The notes under the pieces were generated by a model. The model searched no databases. It saw nothing but the letters and a program-made list of their open reading frames with translations, and was not told where the DNA came from. 64,000 bases of DNA, taken from NCBI RefSeq assembly GCF_036971445.1, contig NC_091473.1, forward strand, positions 190,340,001 to 190,404,000, written 5' to 3'. This DNA is from Narcine bancroftii. Lineage: Eukaryota. The translations under genes were made by a program, and so were the position numbers. Shown piece by piece: positions 59,590-64,000 of this stretch (position 1 is the first letter of the stretch; the number at the start of each line of letters is the position of its first letter).

Positions 59590-60072
59590 ATGGTCTGGAT
59601 TCCAGGTGAGGTCGGGGGGGGGGCTATTCCCCATTTTTTATAACCCCTTCCCCTCTAACTGAGCCGGGTTGGACCTTTTCGCGCCTTGTTTTCCCTCGTT
59701 CAGTGGTTTTTATTGTGTCATTGAATGTGTTCTGCCATTGGTTGAACTCGATCAGACCCCAATGTCAGACCCCCTCTCTACGGGACAGAGCGCCTGCTTG
59801 GAGTGTCGAATGCAGGGCACGAGCATTGGAAAATACCACATTTGCTGGTACCGACAGTGACCCGGAGCCAGTCCAGAGTGGGTATTGGTCCACCAGCCAG
59901 ATAATACAATCTACCGAGGCAGGGGGTTCACCAGATGATTCGACCCATCCAGAGACCCCTCGGCCACCTTGATCATTTGCAGCCTGGAAGCGGGAGACTC
60001 CGCCGTCTACTACTGCAGGGATATGGACCGGTGCATGGGTGTTCGGGCCTGGAACCATGTTGGTCGTAACAA
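59590..60072 (+). pseudogene. Germline-joined (VJ) immunoglobulin light-chain pseudogene, sigma-cart/type I (NS5)-like
   Basis: V: LDQTPMSDPLSTGQSACLEC..CWYRQ*PG..WVLVH..YRGRGFTR*FDPSRD..DSAVYYC. J: WVFGPGTMLVVT follows directly (+1 frame), then phase-1 donor A|gtgagt at 60072/60073. No RSS. Probable decayed leader exon at 59590-59605 with intron to 59703 (low confidence). Confidence 0.88.
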
Positions 60073-60224
60073 GTGAGTGAACTCAAGTAACTTTTCAGGA
60101 CTTTTATCTCGAGATTTGAGAATCTTTATCAATTCATTTTGTCCTTGAGCACAGAAGATGTCAGTAAACTGTTGGGACCCCGCGCTGGAGAGACATTCTG
60201 AAGGTTCCCCCTCAGCCAGGTGTG

Positions 60225-60780
60225 GTTTTACCTTGGCTGACCCCCCCCCCCCTCAGATTGGTGTGTGCGCGCCCCCAGCGGCGGCGACTCAGCCCACCTC
60301 TTGGCTGAATGTAGATTGGTGAAGAGTGCGTGGGCGGGGTCCTCGACCCGGATCATCCTCCAGTAGCAGCTCTGACCCGGGGACACGCAGACACCCAGGA
60401 CGGCTTGGGTGACCGTCAGCTCCGGAGAAGGGGGCACTTTGGCCGGCCTGAAACCCTGTCGGTCTCCCAGCGCACGGAGATGTGGGTGAGGGAAGGCTGC
60501 CGATTGGCACATTCCAGGCTGCAGGAGTCCATGCTGAGGGGCGTGTGGGGTGCAGTCAACGTGAGGGCACTCCAGGGAAGGACCGCAGCCTAGAGACCTC
60601 CAATTACTGGCCATAGAGGGGCTGAGACCAAGGGGAAGCCCCTCAAACAATGGAGGGGATGGGAGAACCAACAGGGGGCATCAGGGGTGGTAATGGTGTA
60701 AATGGAATCGAACATAACAATATACAATGACCGGGAATGTGGGGATATTTAAGTACGGGTGGGAACAAATTCTCAACGGG
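60225..60780 (+). mobile_element. Tx1-like LINE 3' fragment
   Basis: AHLLAEC..RLAHSRLQESMLRGVWGAVNVRALQGRTAA*; homologous to 55750-56330. Confidence 0.6.
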
Positions 60781-61009
60781 GTTTCTTTTTGCAAACAATA
60801 CAGTCTGTTTTTGGTTTTTATAATGTCCCATCGAGCCCCACCATGGCTGGTCTGATTGTAACCCCAACTGCGCCATCCCCTACCCGAGTTTATCACGAAG
60901 CCCCAACACCGTCACTCGAGGACAAGTCCGTTAGGCTCTGCGATGACACCTCCCCTGGCTTATCTCCAGTGGGATCTGTCTGCTGGGTCTCCCACAAGCG
61001 ACACTGAGC

Positions 61010-61805
61010 ATGGGAACAGGCCAAATTTGGAGCATTATGTGCAGTTTTGGTCACTGAACTACAGGAAAGAGATCAATAAGATAGAAAGAGCACAGAGAAG
61101 ATTTACTAGGATGTTGCCAGGACTTCAGGAACTCCGTTACAGGGAAAGGTTAAACAGGTTCAGACTTTATTCCCTGGAGCGTAGAAGAATGAGGGGCAAT
61201 TTGATGGAGGAATTTAAAATTATGAGGGGGATTGACAGAGTCAATGTAGGTCGGCTTTTTTCCAGAGGGTGGGTGAGATACAAACCAGAGGATGTGGGTT
61301 AAGGGTGAAAGGGGAAAAGTTTAGAGGGAACATTAGGGGGAAGTTCTTCACACAGCGAGTGGTGGGAGTGTGGAACGAGCTTCCAGCTGAAGTGGTGAAT
61401 GTGGGCTCAATTTTAATTAAAAAAAATTGCAGCTGGCCAATTCCGCCCTACGGGTGCGTGCCGCCAAAACTACATCCCATTAACCTGCACCCCGGAAAGT
61501 TTTTGAAGGGTGTGAGGAAACGGAAGCCCCTGGAGGAAACCCCATGCAGGCACGGGGAGAATGTACAAACTCCTTACAGACAGCACAGGATTTGTACCCA
61601 GATCCAGTCCCGATCGCTGGTGCCGTAGAGCACAGTGCTGACCATTTTGCCAACATTTAAAAAGAATTTTTACAGGTACATGGATGGGAGCGGTATGGAG
61701 GGCGATGGACAGGGTGCACGTCAGTGGGGCGAGGCAGAATAATAGTTTGGCACAGGCTAGAAGGGCCTGTTTCTGTGCTGTAAGGTTTTATGGCTCTAAT
61801 GTTTA
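61010..61805 (+). mobile_element. CR1 3' fragment with a minus-strand V-SINE inserted at about 61415-61650
   Basis: RPNLEHYVQFWS..AQRRFTRMLPGL..FFTQRVVGVWNELP; SINE motif ggggagaatgtacaaactccttacagac. Confidence 0.85.
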
Positions 61806-62007
61806 TTATTTTTTTCTACCAAGAACATCAAGGGAAATCTCTGCCCCTCTCTCTGAAGCTCGGCGACAACTTTTCCCTTGCACAATACTTCATATAGGGC
61901 CTCACCAATGTCTTACACAATAGTAACATGACCTCCCAACTCCGGGACAACAGTCTGACCGCTGAAGGCCAATGTGTCAATGGCCTTTTTTTTTTTTAAA
62001 CACCCTA

Positions 62008-64000
62008 TTTTTTTTTTGAAGACTTTATTTAAAATTTTATAACATGAATACAATAGAGAATTACATTTAAAGAAATTTTTTTTTAAAATTAAAATGGTAT
62101 GATTACAATATTACATCAGAAAACTACACAAAATAACCCCCCCCGTTAATTGTAACACAATATTAATAGTCTAACTTAAAATTAGTCCAACCCTCCCCCC
62201 CCTCAAATAAAGAGTGAAGAGTTAATAAAATTAACAATATTATATATGGAAAAAAATACCCACGTACAAAAAAAGAGTTAAAACTTAACCTAAAAAAAAT
62301 TCTAATAACAAAAATAATTGTCAATACTAAAATATCACACTTAAACATATTTTTAAATCAAACTTAAATGCATATAATTAGCAAACGGAGTCCACTTTAA
62401 CTTATAAAAAGACATCTTATCCTGAATTGAAAAAGATATCCTTTCCATAGTCAAACAAAATTTCATTTCCAAATACCACTTATCTAAAGTTAGTATATTT
62501 ATATCTTTCCAAGTAAGTGCTATGCATTTCTTAGCCACGACTAAAGCTAAATAGATAAATGAAATCTGATAATCCTCTAAACCTAAATCAATTAATGATT
62601 GGATGTTCCCTAATAAAAATATATCGGGATCTAATACGATGGATATTATATAAACTGTTAAAAATAGATTGAATACCTTTCCAAAACTGTTGCAATCGAT
62701 CACAAAGCCAAACAGTATGCAAAAAAGTATTGGCCATCTGATCACATCGAAAACAAGAATCCAACTTACTAAGACCAAATTTTTTAAATTTCTCCGGCGT
62801 TAAATATAGCTGATGAATAAAATTATAATTAATCATCGCTAGTCTAGCATTAATTAATTTCCGAATACTATTCTGACAAATTTCCATCCAAGCTTCTTCA
62901 GCTATTGTAAAACCTAAATCTTTTTCCATTGCAACTTATCTTTATCCCAGTCTTTTTTACTATCAATTTCTTGTAAAATACAATACAAATCAGATATATA
63001 TCCCTTTTTTGGTAATGAAAGTACATATTCTTCAAAACTAGATTCAGGCAATAAAATCATATGTCGACCACATAACTGTTTTACAAAAGATCTTAATTGA
63101 TAATATACAAATATAGAATTTGCACTAATACCATATTTCCTTTGTAATTCGTCAAAGGAACAAAAACAACCCTCAGAAAAACAATCAGATAAAATTTTTA
63201 TTCCTTTCTTTTCCCATTGTTTCAAAGTGGCATTGGAGACCGTAAAAGGAACAAGTTGATTATTATATAATGGCAATCTTCCAGAATATATATTTTTAAG
63301 TCCCAATTTTTAAAGTTTACTTGTCCATAAATTCAATAAATGTTTCAATATTGGTACATCATAAGTTCGTAATAAATTTTTATTTCATCGAAACAAAAAC
63401 TCATGAGGAAATTTTTCTAAAATAACCGCCATTTCTATCTTTACCCAACTAGGTGGGTCGTCCATATTCATTAATGCACTAAGAAATTTGAATTGAGCTG
63501 CTTCATAATAATGCTGAAAATTCGGTAATCTTAAACCTCCAAATTGAAAATCCCACATCAATTTTCTCATTGCTACTCTCAGAAATTTTCCCTTCCGTAA
63601 GAATTCTCTAATCGCTTTATATAAGTCTTTAAAAATCTTTTTTTTTTAAATAAGGAATTGATTGAAACAAATATTGTATTCTAGGAAAAATATTCATTTT
63701 TATGGTATTAATCCTCCCTAGTAAACCCAAAGGTAGATCCCTCCACCTAATCAAATCTAATTTAATCCTTTTTATTAAAGGAAAATAATTAATCGAATAT
63801 AATTCTTGAAATTCCGTATTAACATTAATTCCTAAATATTTAATTTGTGTAGTCCACTTCAAATTTGTAATATTTTTATATACTGAATAATCATTTTCAC
63901 AAATTGGCAAAATTTCACTTTTAGCCCAATTTACTTTGTAACCAGATAATTGGCCATAAATTTCTAAACATTCTTGAATTGCAGGTAAAGAAGTATCCAA
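62008..64000 (-). mobile_element. L1-clade LINE 3' part (different subfamily, frameshifted), running off the window
   Basis: SGYKVNWAKSE..IKYLGI..GRINTIKMNIFPR..GGLRLPNF..YLTP..CFRC..H.VWLC, with a poly(A) (T-run) at about 62008-62017. Confidence 0.92.

Noticed and set aside
55750-60780. Inverted Tx1-like fragments flanking the Ig pseudogene as a mobilising structure
   Set aside because: They are highly diverged independent LINE 3' ends; one lies inside the presumptive J-C intron and there is no shared TSD.

Overview
This is vertebrate genomic DNA, almost certainly from a cartilaginous fish and probably a batoid. The basis is a sigma-cart-type Ig light-chain V, HE1/V-SINE-like SINEs and dense CR1, Rex1, L1, RTE and Penelope debris. 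Two intact host genes are supported. SLC25A44 (+) has 3 coding exons (513-1143, 7892-8019, 15464-15655; 316 aa), and its second coding intron is almost entirely a chain of six C-rich tandem arrays. A two-exon ACTL7/ACTL9-like actin-related gene (+) spans 33020-33423 and 36100-36778 (360 aa). At 59.6-60.1 kb lies a germline-joined (pre-rearranged VJ, no RSS) Ig light-chain pseudogene. The rest is mostly transposable elements, several with readable insertion mechanics: a full-length L1-clade LINE with both ORFs intact and a 16-bp TSD, a 5'-only L1 copy with its own TSD, an RTE LINE with a twin-priming-type 5' inversion, a Gmr1-like Gypsy fragment with a tRNA-Pro PBS, a solo LTR, MITEs and a Penelope-derived palindrome. 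There are three assembly gaps. The very long ORFs at 9-15 kb are artefacts of stop-free satellites. Family assignments come from motif recognition by eye, not database searches, and boundaries of old TE fragments are approximate.
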